Shown one piece after another: positions 9,229-19,078 of a stretch of DNA of 64,000 nucleotides. Location of the stretch: the NCBI GenBank assembly GCA_038997165.1, contig JAWBAK010000001.1, positions 372,595-436,594 on the forward strand, in the 5' to 3' direction. Source of the stretch: Candidatus Aenigmatarchaeota archaeon. GTDB taxonomy: Archaea; Aenigmatarchaeota; Aenigmatarchaeia; CG10238-14; SpSt-28. A model generated the notes under the pieces. That model was not told the DNA's origin. It saw only the letters and a program-made list of their open reading frames with translations, and made no database searches. The number at the start of each line of letters is the position of its first letter. Within the stretch, counting starts at the first letter, position 1. The translations under genes were made by a program, and so were the position numbers.

Positions 9229-9328
9229 GCCGGGGTGGCGGAGCGGTTTCACGCGGCGGGCTGCAGGGTTTTGCGATTTATGAGCGATAGAAACCCGCAG
9301 ATCCCGGGTTCAAATCCCGGCCCCGGCT
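9229..9328 (+). tRNA. tRNA-Cys(GCA) with 26-nt intron (9267-9292)
   Basis: GCGGG-CT GCA G[intron]A-CCCGC; U73. Confidence 0.93.
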
Positions 9329-9533
9329 TTTTCCCTATTTAGATATTAAATTTTAAATACATACATTTTGTCGTGGATCTCCTAAGATCTATTTATTCCT
9401 AACTTTTTAAATTTGAATTTAGGTGTTTAGGTGTTTCAATTAGAATAAACAAAAGTTAAAAAATTGTAGACCCTTTATTATAGATTTTTTCATACGTTTG
9501 CAGCTTATAAACTTGTTCAAATGATTAAATTTT

Positions 9534-9749
9534 ATGAAGAAAATACGTAGCAACGAAGATATAAAAGAAATAGGAATAGCATTAATAATAGCAGTTATGG
9601 TTGTGGCTATAATAGGAATAATGTTTACTAGGGATTATCTTAAATTAGGAATATGTATCTTAGGTCTAATAATAGTAGCATATATAGTCTATAAAATGGT
9701 ATCTAAAACTAAAATCTATAGTAGAAAAAGTAAGAAAATAACTTTATAA
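9534..9749 (+). CDS. Small two-TM membrane protein
   Basis: 71 aa, two hydrophobic helices, basic tail. Confidence 0.6.
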   Translation: MKKIRSNEDIKEIGIALIIAVMVVAIIGIMFTRDYLKLGICILGLIIVAYIVYKMVSKTKIYSRKSKKITL

Positions 9750-9800
9750 TTTTTAACTGAGAAAATTTAATCAAATTTAAAAATCTCTTTTAATTTTATT

Positions 9801-11117
9801 ATGAGTAATAGCGAATTTTTAGTTCCTTTAAAAGGTTTAAGAGATTTTCCGCCAGAAATTGAAATTCTTAGAAGAAAAGTTTTTTCAAAAATAGAAAAAA
9901 TTTTTCAAATATATGGATTCGATCCTATAGAAACTCCAATAGTTGAAAAATGGGAAGTTTTAAAAGGTAAATATGGAGATGAAGCTGAAAATAGATTAAT
10001 TTGGAGATTTAAATTACCTTATAGCGAAAAAGAATTTGGATTAAGATATGATTTAACTGTTCCTTTAGCTAGATTTTATGCAAGATTTAGACCAAAATTA
10101 CCATTTAAGAGATATCAAATAGGTAGAGTTTTTAGATATGAAGAACCGCAAAAAGGAAGATATAGAGAATTTTGGCAGTGTGATTTTGATATTTTAGGTT
10201 CAAAAAGTTTTTTAGCTGATGTAGAAATTTTAAATGTAGTTATTGATGTATTTAAAAAATTTAATTTTAAAGATTATTTAATTAAAATTAACGATAGAAA
10301 TTTATTAACCCTTATTTTTGAGAAAAAAATTGGAATCGAAAAAGAAAAAATAATTAAGGTCTATAGAATTATTGATAAATTGGATAAAATAGGAATAGAA
10401 AATGTTATAAAAGAATTAGAAAAAGAGTTGAATAAGGAGCAATTAAATGAAATCAAGAAAATTATTAGTATTTCACAATTAAGAAACGAAGAAATATTTG
10501 TTGAATTAGAAAAACTTAATTTAAAAGAAATAGATGTTTATTTAGAGAATCTAAAAAATATAATAGATTTTGTAAAAGATAAAAACAGAATTAAGATAGA
10601 TTTATGTTTAGTTAGAGGTTTAGATTATTATACTTCAACAATATTCGAAGCTGTAGTTGAAAAACCAAAAATTGGAAGTTTAGCTGGTGGTGGTAGATAT
10701 GATAATTTGATTTCTAAGTTTATAAATCAAGATATTCCAGCTGTTGGAGGAAGTATAGGAATAGAAAGATTAATTGATGCTTGCTTAGAACTAGGAATTT
10801 TAAAAGTAGAAGAAAAAACTTATTCTGAAGTTGGTGTAATTTATTTAGAAAATGTAGATTTAAAAAAAGTACTAGAAGTTGTAAATAAATTGAGAGAAAA
10901 CGAAATTAATACTTATTTTCATTTTGAAGGTTTTAGGAATGTTTTGGAAGGAATAAAAGAATTAGAAAGAAGAGGAATAAAATATGCGTTAATAATAGGG
11001 GAAAAAGAAATTAATGAAAATGTTTTTACTTTACAAAATATTAGAACAAAAGAAAGAAAAAATTTAAGTTTGGAAGAAGTAATAAATTATCTAAAGCATC
11101 TAAAGCAAAAAGTTTAA
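9801..11117 (+). CDS. hisS: Histidyl-tRNA synthetase
   Basis: KGLRDF, LRYDLTVP, GRYREFWQCD, RGLDYY, GGGRYD, GIERL. Confidence 0.98.
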   Translation: MSNSEFLVPLKGLRDFPPEIEILRRKVFSKIEKIFQIYGFDPIETPIVEKWEVLKGKYGDEAENRLIWRFKLPYSEKEFGLRYDLTVPLARFYARFRPKLPFKRYQIGRVFRYEEPQKGRYREFWQCDFDILGSKSFLADVEILNVVIDVFKKFNFKDYLIKINDRNLLTLIFEKKIGIEKEKIIKVYRIIDKLDKIGIENVIKELEKELNKEQLNEIKKIISISQLRNEEIFVELEKLNLKEIDVYLENLKNIIDFVKDKNRIKIDLCLVRGLDYYTSTIFEAVVEKPKIGSLAGGGRYDNLISKFINQDIPAVGGSIGIERLIDACLELGILKVEEKTYSEVGVIYLENVDLKKVLEVVNKLRENEINTYFHFEGFRNVLEGIKELERRGIKYALIIGEKEINENVFTLQNIRTKERKNLSLEEVINYLKHLKQKV

Positions 11118-12116
11118 TTAATTATATCCTGTTATAACTATTTCTTTTATATTTGGTGGAATTATTATTTTTGGATTTCTAATCGCAAATCTAATCATAA
11201 TTAATCTCTTTTTGGGTCCTGGAACACTTCCTTCAATTAAAATATAATCACTTCTTACTAAACCATAATGAGAGAAACCACCTTTTGGATTAATTTCTTG
11301 TCCATTAGAGGAAATTTTTAAAATTCTTTTATTTAATTCTGTTCTTCTTTGAAATCCAAGTTGACCCTGCATAGGTACTCTACCTGGTAAAACTCTACCT
11401 ACACCTTGAGCTCCTAAAGATCCAACATGTCTAATTCTTTGTGTTGCTTTTCTTCTTTGCTCTTTTACACCAAATCTTTTTACAGGCCCAGCAGTACCTT
11501 TACCTTTAGTTACTGCTATTACATCTACCAATTGACCTTCTTTAAATATTTCGCTAACCTTTATCTCTTTTCCTAAAACATTAAAAGCATAATTTACAGC
11601 ATCTTCAACTTTTCCTCCAATTTCTATTTCAAAAACTTCTGGTTTTTTCTTTTTTATTCCAGCTAACCACGGTTGTGTAGCTACTACTATTCTAACCTTT
11701 TTTATTTTAGATTTGTCTAATTTTTCAAATTCTTTAATAGCTTCATCATAGTTGCTTTTAAAGTTAGTTATTTTTCTTTTCAAATATTTCGGAATGTTTT
11801 CATCTTTTGCGTAAATGTCCAAAATACTTCTATATCCTTTTGTTGTTAATTCGTAAAATCTTATCCCTATAACCTTTAATGGTGGAACTTCTATTACTGT
11901 AGCTGGAACAAAATATTCTTCTTCTATTTCCTTTTTTAGAACTTTTCTTTTTCTTATTTCTATAACATGAACCATACCAGCTTTATAGCCAGCAAACGCC
12001 AAAGGTATAGCTTTATCATAATTAGGATAAGATTTTATAGTTGGATAGATCCTTTTAGCTCTTTTTCTAGGCCAAAATGCTCTACTTCCTGCTAGTGGTT
12101 TTGAATCTTTTACCAT
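11118..12116 (-). CDS. rpl3: 50S ribosomal protein uL3
   Basis: GSRAFWPRKRA, FAGYKAGM, VTKGKG, GSVPGPKKR. Confidence 0.98.
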   Translation of the reverse strand: MVKDSKPLAGSRAFWPRKRAKRIYPTIKSYPNYDKAIPLAFAGYKAGMVHVIEIRKRKVLKKEIEEEYFVPATVIEVPPLKVIGIRFYELTTKGYRSILDIYAKDENIPKYLKRKITNFKSNYDEAIKEFEKLDKSKIKKVRIVVATQPWLAGIKKKKPEVFEIEIGGKVEDAVNYAFNVLGKEIKVSEIFKEGQLVDVIAVTKGKGTAGPVKRFGVKEQRRKATQRIRHVGSLGAQGVGRVLPGRVPMQGQLGFQRRTELNKRILKISSNGQEINPKGGFSHYGLVRSDYILIEGSVPGPKKRLIMIRFAIRNPKIIIPPNIKEIVITGYN

Positions 12117-12180
12117 AAATTATAAGAACTAAAAATTATTTAGCTTTTTATTTCTTAAATATAATGAAGCATTAATAACA

Positions 12181-12230
12181 TCTGATAAATAGTTTTTCTT
12201 CATCATCTCTGTTGACCGTCGTTTCTTCAT
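12181..12230 (-). ncRNA. Candidate C/D-box sRNA
   Basis: ATGAAGA - AACGACGGTCAA - CAGA - G - ATGATGA - AGAAAAACTATTTAT - CAGA (both D boxes are the CAGA variant). Confidence 0.65.
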
Positions 12231-12238
12231 TCATAAAT

Positions 12239-12811
12239 TTAATCTAAGATAGAAGAAATTATAAGATCTAATTTCTTATAGAATTCTTCTAGAGAAGAAT
12301 TGTTTTCAACTATAAAATCTGCTATTTCTTCTAATTTATCTAGACCTAATATCTCTTTATCTCTTTTATCCCTTTCTAAAAACTCTTCAAAACTTAGATT
12401 AAAATTTTTATCTTGTATTTTTCTTCTTTCATATCTTATTTTTGCGGGCGCAAAAATAAAAATTAAATAAAAATTTTTGTTAAACTCATTTTTGAATGCT
12501 TTAATTTCACTTAAGCTTCTTATTCCATCAACAATAATTTTGTTAGTTTTAATATCTTTTATTTTTTCAATAATTTTTAGTGCAAATATTTCTTCTTTTC
12601 CATATCTTTCTCTTATAATTTTTCCAACTTCACTCAATTTTCTTTTTTTCTCTTCTAAACTTAAATCTTCTTGAATTAAGTTTAATTTAATTGCTTCTTC
12701 TTCAATAATTTTGGAAAATTCAAAAATTTCAAAATTGTACTTTTCTTTTAAATATTTTGCAGCTTCACTTTTGCCGCTTGCTGCATATCCAGACAAACCT
12801 ATTATTAGCAT
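12239..12811 (-). CDS. P-loop nucleotide kinase (dephospho-CoA kinase-like, UPF0200)
   Basis: IIGLSGYAASGKS, VDGIRS, RYER, ADFIVEN. Confidence 0.8.
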   Translation of the reverse strand: MLIIGLSGYAASGKSEAAKYLKEKYNFEIFEFSKIIEEEAIKLNLIQEDLSLEEKKRKLSEVGKIIRERYGKEEIFALKIIEKIKDIKTNKIIVDGIRSLSEIKAFKNEFNKNFYLIFIFAPAKIRYERRKIQDKNFNLSFEEFLERDKRDKEILGLDKLEEIADFIVENNSSLEEFYKKLDLIISSILD

Positions 12812-12833
12812 AAATATTATTAAAGAATAAATT

Positions 12834-13526
12834 ATGAGACTAATAATATTTGGACCTCCAGGAAGCGGAAAAGGAACATATTCATCGATTCTAAAAGAAA
12901 AGCTAGGAATTGAGAAAATATCTACTGGAGATATCTTTAGAGCTGAGGTAAAAAAACAAAGTGAACTAGGGAAAAAAGTTGAAAACTATTTAAAGCAAGG
13001 ATTATTAGTACCTGATGAAATAGTTATAGAAATAGTTAAAAAGATTATAGATGAAAAAAAAGATAATTTTATTTTAGATGGTTTTCCAAGAACTGTTAAT
13101 CAGGCAGAATGGTTAATAAATTATATAAAAATAGATGCAATAATAAAAATTAATGTACATGATGAAATTTTGATTGAAAAAATTAGTGGAAGAAGAGTTT
13201 GTAGTAATCCTAACTGCGATGGAAATTATAATGTTGTTGATATAGATAAGGTAATTGATGGAATTCATTATAAATTACCTTCTATTTTACCAAAAAATGA
13301 TATGATTTGTGATAAATGTGGCTCTAAATTAATTCAAAGAGATGATGATAAACCAGAAATTATAAGAGAAAGACTCAAAATTTATTATCAGCAAACAAAA
13401 CCAGTAGAGGAATATTTACGTAAAAAAGAAATATTTTTTATTGAAGTTTGGATGAATAAAGAGCCAAAATTTGTTGTTGAAGAAATAATAAATAAATTAA
13501 ATAGTGCATACTTCAAAACATTCTAA
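12834..13526 (+). CDS. adk: Adenylate kinase (bacterial type with Zn lid)
   Basis: GPPGSGKGT, ISTGDIFR, LVPDE, LDGFPRT, Cys-rich lid, QRDDD. Confidence 0.95.
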   Translation: MRLIIFGPPGSGKGTYSSILKEKLGIEKISTGDIFRAEVKKQSELGKKVENYLKQGLLVPDEIVIEIVKKIIDEKKDNFILDGFPRTVNQAEWLINYIKIDAIIKINVHDEILIEKISGRRVCSNPNCDGNYNVVDIDKVIDGIHYKLPSILPKNDMICDKCGSKLIQRDDDKPEIIRERLKIYYQQTKPVEEYLRKKEIFFIEVWMNKEPKFVVEEIINKLNSAYFKTF

Positions 13527-14339
13527 AAGTAATTCTTTTATATTTTTTATTACAACTTTCTTGTTTTCTTCTGGTATTGACCTTATACATTCTTCTATAG
13601 TAGCTTTATTATAGGAGCAACAATAATTTTCATATGCTATTGGATAGATGCCTTCATCTATTTTTAATCCTAATGGCTTAAATACATATTTCTCCCAATA
13701 ATTATAAAATTCTTCGAGATTATATAATCTTATTCTATTTTTTACTCTAAGATGATTATAGTGTTCTCTAGGATAATGTTTTTTAATTTCTTCGAACTCA
13801 TTTCTAACTATTTTATAACTTTCAAATCCATCTTCATATTTTTTAATTACAATCCCCTCTATAACATTTTCAGTTTTACTTATTTTTATTTTATTTTCTT
13901 TTTTAATAAGTTTTATCAAATTTGGATTGATAGTATTTTTAAAAGCAGAATCTCTATTTAAAGATTCATCTATTATTTTTTTAGTTAGTGGACCTGCATA
14001 AAAAGTAGGTACAATAATCAGCCCCAAACATAAACACATTTTCGAAGTAACTTCTGGGGGAAGATAAATAAGTTTTCCATCCTCTAATATTGCTCCTTCA
14101 ATAACAATTCTATTTGCTGGAGCTTCATACATTATTACATGTAAATCTTTTATATTTACTAGTTCACCAAAGAGACATAGATATAACTTTTTTTCAATTT
14201 TTATACATGATTCTATAAAACTATCTGATAGTTTGCCATCAATTTTTTCTTGAATATAAATTTTTTTTATATTTTTTTCAAGTTCTTTTAATTCGTTAAT
14301 TTCTTTCGGTTTTTTATAAGAGATTTTTATTATTGACAT
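13497..14339 (-). CDS. RNA-ligase-like nucleotidyltransferase domain protein
   Basis: Motif I QEKIDG, LFGE, EGIVIKK and YKIV of the covalent nucleotidyltransferase superfamily. Confidence 0.72.
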   Translation of the reverse strand: MSIIKISYKKPKEINELKELEKNIKKIYIQEKIDGKLSDSFIESCIKIEKKLYLCLFGELVNIKDLHVIMYEAPANRIVIEGAILEDGKLIYLPPEVTSKMCLCLGLIIVPTFYAGPLTKKIIDESLNRDSAFKNTINPNLIKLIKKENKIKISKTENVIEGIVIKKYEDGFESYKIVRNEFEEIKKHYPREHYNHLRVKNRIRLYNLEEFYNYWEKYVFKPLGLKIDEGIYPIAYENYCCSYNKATIEECIRSIPEENKKVVIKNIKELLLECFEVCTI

Positions 14340-15118
14340 AATCTAGATGTTTTTCTTTTTCTTTTATTTTTATTTTTATTAATGGATTTGGATATATATC
14401 CATAACTTAAAATTTTCAGAATTTCATTTATATAATCATCTAGTTTTTTTTCGTTATTTGGTAATTTTTCCATTTTTTCTGAAAATCTATTAAGACCTTC
14501 TTGATCTAAAATATAAATCTTATTTCTTACATGTTCGTTAAATATAGTAGAAAAGTTTTTTATTATTCTTTCATCATTTGTTAGAAATATATATATTCCT
14601 CTTCCATTTTTTTCCTGAGAGTAAATTAATATCGTTTTAATGTAATCAGTATCATCTTTATCAACACTTTGAGAAAGAATTTCTGAAAGGTTTCTATATT
14701 TTCTATCAAAAATTTCCTGGTATTTTTTTTCATATTTCTCTCTAATTATATTTATAGGAATTCCATCAATTTTTATTACATATTCTTTTTGTTCAAGGTA
14801 TTTGGCCTTTCTTCTTTGAAGATATTTATGAAAATTTTCTATTTTTTTACTGTCTAAATATTTCCTATATTCTTTTTCTTTTATTTTTTTTAGTGCACCT
14901 TCCAAAGCTGATTCAAAAGAAATAAATTTAACTGGTATTTTATACATACTTTTTTCTAGAATATTACAAAAATTTTTCAAACTTTTAAAACTTTCAATAT
15001 ATGATCTCTGAGAATTATTTAAAAACTTTTCTTCTAAATTTTTCTTTTGAAAATTTTCTACTAATTTATCAACTAATATACATTCATCAAGAAATACATA
15101 TATCGTTTTTTGCTTCAT
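14330..15118 (-). CDS. Probable PIN-domain-like nuclease
   Basis: N-terminal VFLDECIL, later DDTDYI and IFLTNDERI acidic motifs typical of PIN folds. Confidence 0.5.
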   Translation of the reverse strand: MKQKTIYVFLDECILVDKLVENFQKKNLEEKFLNNSQRSYIESFKSLKNFCNILEKSMYKIPVKFISFESALEGALKKIKEKEYRKYLDSKKIENFHKYLQRRKAKYLEQKEYVIKIDGIPINIIREKYEKKYQEIFDRKYRNLSEILSQSVDKDDTDYIKTILIYSQEKNGRGIYIFLTNDERIIKNFSTIFNEHVRNKIYILDQEGLNRFSEKMEKLPNNEKKLDDYINEILKILSYGYISKSINKNKNKRKRKTSRLCQ

Positions 15119-15225
15119 AAAAATAACAATAAATTGAAAAATATATTTATATTAAACTTAACCATTAATATTTAAAATTATAATAAACTATTTATTATTA
15201 TATTTATTGTTTCAGAAAAATTTTT

Positions 15226-16194
15226 ATGATTTCTGAGTTTTTAAATATAATAAACAAATTAAAAGAAAGAAATATTAAAAAAATTTTTGTTCAAATTTCA
15301 GAAGGTTTAAAAATTAAAATAGAAGAAATACAAAAAATTTTTGAAGAAAATAATATAGAAGTTATTTTTAGTTTAGAACCTACTTATGGAGCTTGTGATG
15401 TAAGGGATGAAGAAGCAAAAAGATTAGGTTGTGAAGCATTAATTCATATTGGTCATTCTAATTTTGGAGTTAGGTCTTCTATACCAGTTTTTTATATTCA
15501 TTATATTTTTGATGCTGAAGAAGAAAAAATTGAAAAATTATTAGAAAAATATGAAAATATGTTTATTTACAATTCATATGCAATAGTTTCAAGCTTGCAA
15601 TATATTAACTATGTTAAATATGTAAAAAATTTTTTAGAAACAAAAAATAAGAAAGTTTATACTAAAAAAGTTTTAGAGTATGAAGCTCAAATATTAGGTT
15701 GTAATGTAAATGCTGCTAAAATAGACGAGGCAGAAGCAATAATAGTTATTTCTGAAGGATTTTTTTATCCTTTAGGCTTATTGCTAGAAATTGAAAACAA
15801 ACCAATAATATATATTGATCTTGAAAAACAAGAGGTTAGAGACATTAGTTTTTTAAGAGAAAAGTTTCGAAAGATAGTAGCGTGGAACTTAGTAAGATTT
15901 AAAGAGGCTAAAAAAATTGGATTGTTAGTTAGTTGGAAGAAAGGTCAAACATTTTATGATGTTTTTAAGATAAAAAAAGAAATTGAAAAAATTGGAAAAA
16001 AAGTATATATTTTTGCTTTTGATGAGATCGTACCTGAAAAATTAGAAGGTATAAATGTAGATTTTTTAATAAATTTAGCATGTCCAAGAATTTTTCCAGA
16101 TGATATAGAAAGATATAAAATTCCTTTGCTAAATTATTCAATCCTACTAAAAAGTTTTTATGAAGAAAAAAGAGTTAGAAATAATTCTATCTAA
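15226..16194 (+). CDS. dph2: Diphthamide biosynthesis protein Dph2
   Basis: QISEGLK, YGACD, HIGHS, QILGC, ACPR (three Fe-S cysteines). Confidence 0.95.
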   Translation: MISEFLNIINKLKERNIKKIFVQISEGLKIKIEEIQKIFEENNIEVIFSLEPTYGACDVRDEEAKRLGCEALIHIGHSNFGVRSSIPVFYIHYIFDAEEEKIEKLLEKYENMFIYNSYAIVSSLQYINYVKYVKNFLETKNKKVYTKKVLEYEAQILGCNVNAAKIDEAEAIIVISEGFFYPLGLLLEIENKPIIYIDLEKQEVRDISFLREKFRKIVAWNLVRFKEAKKIGLLVSWKKGQTFYDVFKIKKEIEKIGKKVYIFAFDEIVPEKLEGINVDFLINLACPRIFPDDIERYKIPLLNYSILLKSFYEEKRVRNNSI

Positions 16195-16798
16195 TTTAAA
16201 AGGTTTTGAAAAACCAAAGATAGAACTAGAACAATATGAAACTCCTAGCAATTTAATAAGCGAAATAGTTAATGAACTAAATTTAATGAATTTAATTGAA
16301 AATAAAAAAATTTTGGAGATTGCTTGTGGAACTGCTAAATTTTCAATAGCATTATCTTTTTTTAATCCAAAATTAATTTTTGCTTTCGATATAGATAAAG
16401 ATGCTATAAAAATTGCTAAAGAAAATTATGAAAAAATAAAAAATGAATACGAAAATTATAATATTTCAAAGATATTTTTTTGCATAGGCAATATAAAACA
16501 AATTAAATTCAAAGAGTATTTTGATTTATCGATAATGAATCCTCCATTTGGAATTCAGGGAAAAATTAAAGATTTGGAATTTTTAGAATTTGCTTTTAAT
16601 TATTCAAATTTTGTTGTTTCAATAAATCCGAATGGTAAAAACATAGAATTTTTTATAAAATTTTCAAAAAAATATAATTTTGAGCTAATAAAATATAAGA
16701 AATTTTTATTTCCTATTAAGAGAATTTTTTGGTTTCATAAGAAAAAAGAAAAAATGATAGAAACTTTAGTTTTGTTTTTTAGAAAATTATTTTCTTGA
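16160..16798 (+). CDS. METTL5-like RNA methyltransferase
   Basis: LEQYETP, EIACGT, MNPPFG, FHKKK. Confidence 0.88.
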   Translation: MKKKELEIILSNLKGFEKPKIELEQYETPSNLISEIVNELNLMNLIENKKILEIACGTAKFSIALSFFNPKLIFAFDIDKDAIKIAKENYEKIKNEYENYNISKIFFCIGNIKQIKFKEYFDLSIMNPPFGIQGKIKDLEFLEFAFNYSNFVVSINPNGKNIEFFIKFSKKYNFELIKYKKFLFPIKRIFWFHKKKEKMIETLVLFFRKLFS

Positions 16799-17329
16799 TA
16801 CGAACTTATTGTTTTTTATATAAAATCTCAAATTTTCTTCTAAATCTCTTTTTACACCAATTCTTTTTGAGCTCTCTATTTCAAATTTTTCTTCTTTACT
16901 CTTTGCTATATATAATAAGCCCTTTTTATAAACTTTTATTCCATTTAAACTTTTATCAATTTTTAATGCTTTCGTTAATTTTCCAGGACCATTAGTTTCA
17001 AAATTAATGTTTTTTATTGGTTCAATCGCTCTTATTAATACAGCACCTGCTTTATTTTTTTGATGCGCAACAATATTTAATAGCCAATTGGAATGAACCA
17101 TATAAATTAGAGTTATTCCTACATCTCCATATAAGGAATTTACAACATATTTTGGAAATCCCAAATAAGCTCTAGATGCAGGATCTTCTTTTCCATAGTA
17201 TGCTTCAACTTCAACAATCTTCCCAATTAATTTTTTATTATTAAATTCCCTAATTAAATACTTTCCTAATAAATTTTTTGCAATCTCTTTAGTATCTTTT
17301 TTATAAAAGCTTTTTTTCAAAATTTTCAT
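16787..17329 (-). CDS. mpg: 3-methyladenine DNA glycosylase (MPG/AAG family)
   Basis: IVEVEAY, DPASR, AVLIRAIEP, NGPGKLTKAL, RIGV. Confidence 0.93.
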   Translation of the reverse strand: MKILKKSFYKKDTKEIAKNLLGKYLIREFNNKKLIGKIVEVEAYYGKEDPASRAYLGFPKYVVNSLYGDVGITLIYMVHSNWLLNIVAHQKNKAGAVLIRAIEPIKNINFETNGPGKLTKALKIDKSLNGIKVYKKGLLYIAKSKEEKFEIESSKRIGVKRDLEENLRFYIKNNKFVSRK

Positions 17330-17336
17330 TTAAAGT

Positions 17337-17858
17337 TTAACAATATTTTTCTCCGCTCGATACTAATAAGCTATTCCTTATATAAATTGGAGCATCCAAT
17401 CTTAATGCTAGTGCAATTCCATCACTAGGTCTAATATCAATTTCTCTTATTTTATTTCCTTGAGAAATAAAAGCTCTTGCAATATAGGAATTATTTCTAA
17501 TTTCTTCAATTCTTACATCAATAAGCTTTATATTAAATTCTTTAAAAATATCAGAAGTTACATCATGCGTATTTGGTCTCCATTCTCTTCTTTTTTGTAA
17601 TGCATTACTAATTGATCTTATTTGGGCATCTTCTATATAACCAATTAATCTATAACATCCCGAATATAAAATTAATGCACCATTTTCTGGAATTACATCA
17701 ATTTTTTCAACTCTAGAATATTCTTCTGTTGAAAGTTGTGGAAAAATTTTTATTAATTCAGAAATATCTTGTAAAATTTCTTTTTGATAAAGAGATAAAA
17801 TTAATGATAAGATAGAAATAAATAATGCAATTATAACAGCGATTAATACTTTTTCCAT
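17337..17858 (-). CDS. Bifunctional nuclease (DUF151) family protein with N-terminal membrane anchor
   Basis: RPNTHD, DIRPSDGIALALRLDAPIYI. Confidence 0.88.
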   Translation of the reverse strand: MEKVLIAVIIALFISILSLILSLYQKEILQDISELIKIFPQLSTEEYSRVEKIDVIPENGALILYSGCYRLIGYIEDAQIRSISNALQKRREWRPNTHDVTSDIFKEFNIKLIDVRIEEIRNNSYIARAFISQGNKIREIDIRPSDGIALALRLDAPIYIRNSLLVSSGEKYC

Positions 17859-17869
17859 AAGAATTAATT

Positions 17870-18955
17870 TTAAAAATACTTTAAATATTCAATTAATCTT
17901 CTTTTTTCTTTCTTTATATCTAAATAATTTTCGAAAATTTCATTTTTAATTATATCAAAACATTCTTGTAAAACTTCTAAAAATTCTCTACCTTCTCTTA
18001 TTGTGACAAATCTATTCTTATAATCACTAAAGATTAAATGAACAGTATAAATATCTCTATGTTTTTCTATATGTAATTTCAAAAATCCTCGATTAAATAT
18101 TTTTCTTATTTTTTTAATAAAATTCTTTATATAGAAGTCAACGTAATCAGAATAATATTTCTTTATATTCTCTTTTCCAATAATTATTACATTTATTTTT
18201 TCTTTTCTCTCTTTTATTAAAACTTTTAATAAATCTTTTTTAGTTATTATTCCTTGTAAATTTTCATTAACAACACAAGAAATTTTATAATAAAACATTT
18301 TTTTAATTATATTAGAAATTTTTTCATCACTAGAATATGTTATAACATTTTTAGTTGCAATTGATATTATAGGATTTTCAAAGATTTTAAATTTTTTTCC
18401 TATTAGTTCTCCTAATGTTGTCTTTTCTTTAAATTCCTTTAGAATAAAATCTGTTATATCTTTAGATGAAACTATTCCAGCAAGTTTTTTATTTTCTATT
18501 AATGGAATATGAGAAATATTATATTTTGCCATATATTTTATCGCTTTATAAATTGGTTCTTTCGATTGTAAAATAATTATATTTTTTGTTTCAATCTCTT
18601 CTGCTTTAACATTTCCAAATTTTTCTTTTATTATTTCTAAAAGCGAATCGATCTTAATAATTCCTTTAACTTTATTTTCTTTGTCTAATAATGCAGCTAA
18701 ATAACAATCATTTTCTATCATTCTTTTAGCAATTTCAATTTCATTAATTTCATAAACTTTACAATCTCTCTTTTTAACTTTTTTCAATTTTTCTTTTAAA
18801 TTTTTTTCAGTAATTAAATCTCTTAGTCTTACTATTCCTTTATATTTATTTTCTTCATCTGTAACTACTATTTCTCTTAGATCTAGATCTTTAATCAATT
18901 TTAAAGCTTCTCCTATTGTCTTATTTTCATCTATTGTAATTGCTTCTGAAATCAT
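17870..18955 (-). CDS. Tandem CBS-domain protein with probable C-terminal HPF/RaiA-like domain
   Basis: Four CBS repeats (e.g. ISHIPLIENKKLAGIVSSKDI) plus a roughly 95-aa beta-alpha-beta-beta-beta-alpha-patterned tail. Confidence 0.75.
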   Translation of the reverse strand: MISEAITIDENKTIGEALKLIKDLDLREIVVTDEENKYKGIVRLRDLITEKNLKEKLKKVKKRDCKVYEINEIEIAKRMIENDCYLAALLDKENKVKGIIKIDSLLEIIKEKFGNVKAEEIETKNIIILQSKEPIYKAIKYMAKYNISHIPLIENKKLAGIVSSKDITDFILKEFKEKTTLGELIGKKFKIFENPIISIATKNVITYSSDEKISNIIKKMFYYKISCVVNENLQGIITKKDLLKVLIKERKEKINVIIIGKENIKKYYSDYVDFYIKNFIKKIRKIFNRGFLKLHIEKHRDIYTVHLIFSDYKNRFVTIREGREFLEVLQECFDIIKNEIFENYLDIKKEKRRLIEYLKYF

Positions 18956-19077
18956 CTTGCCCTTACTCTTATAATTTTTGAAGGTCTAATTTTTTCAAAA
19001 ATTCTACCACCACAATTTAAACAAACTAATCTATCTAATTTATCATAAACTCTTTTGCAATTAATACATCTGTACAT
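18952..19077 (-). CDS. rpoP: DNA-directed RNA polymerase subunit P (Rpo12), not in the ORF track
   Basis: MYRCINCKRVYDKLDRLVCLNCGGRIFEKIRPSKIIRVRAR; Zn ribbon; conserved position after rpl37ae. Confidence 0.93.
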   Translation of the reverse strand: MYRCINCKRVYDKLDRLVCLNCGGRIFEKIRPSKIIRVRAR

Positions 19078-19078
19078 A

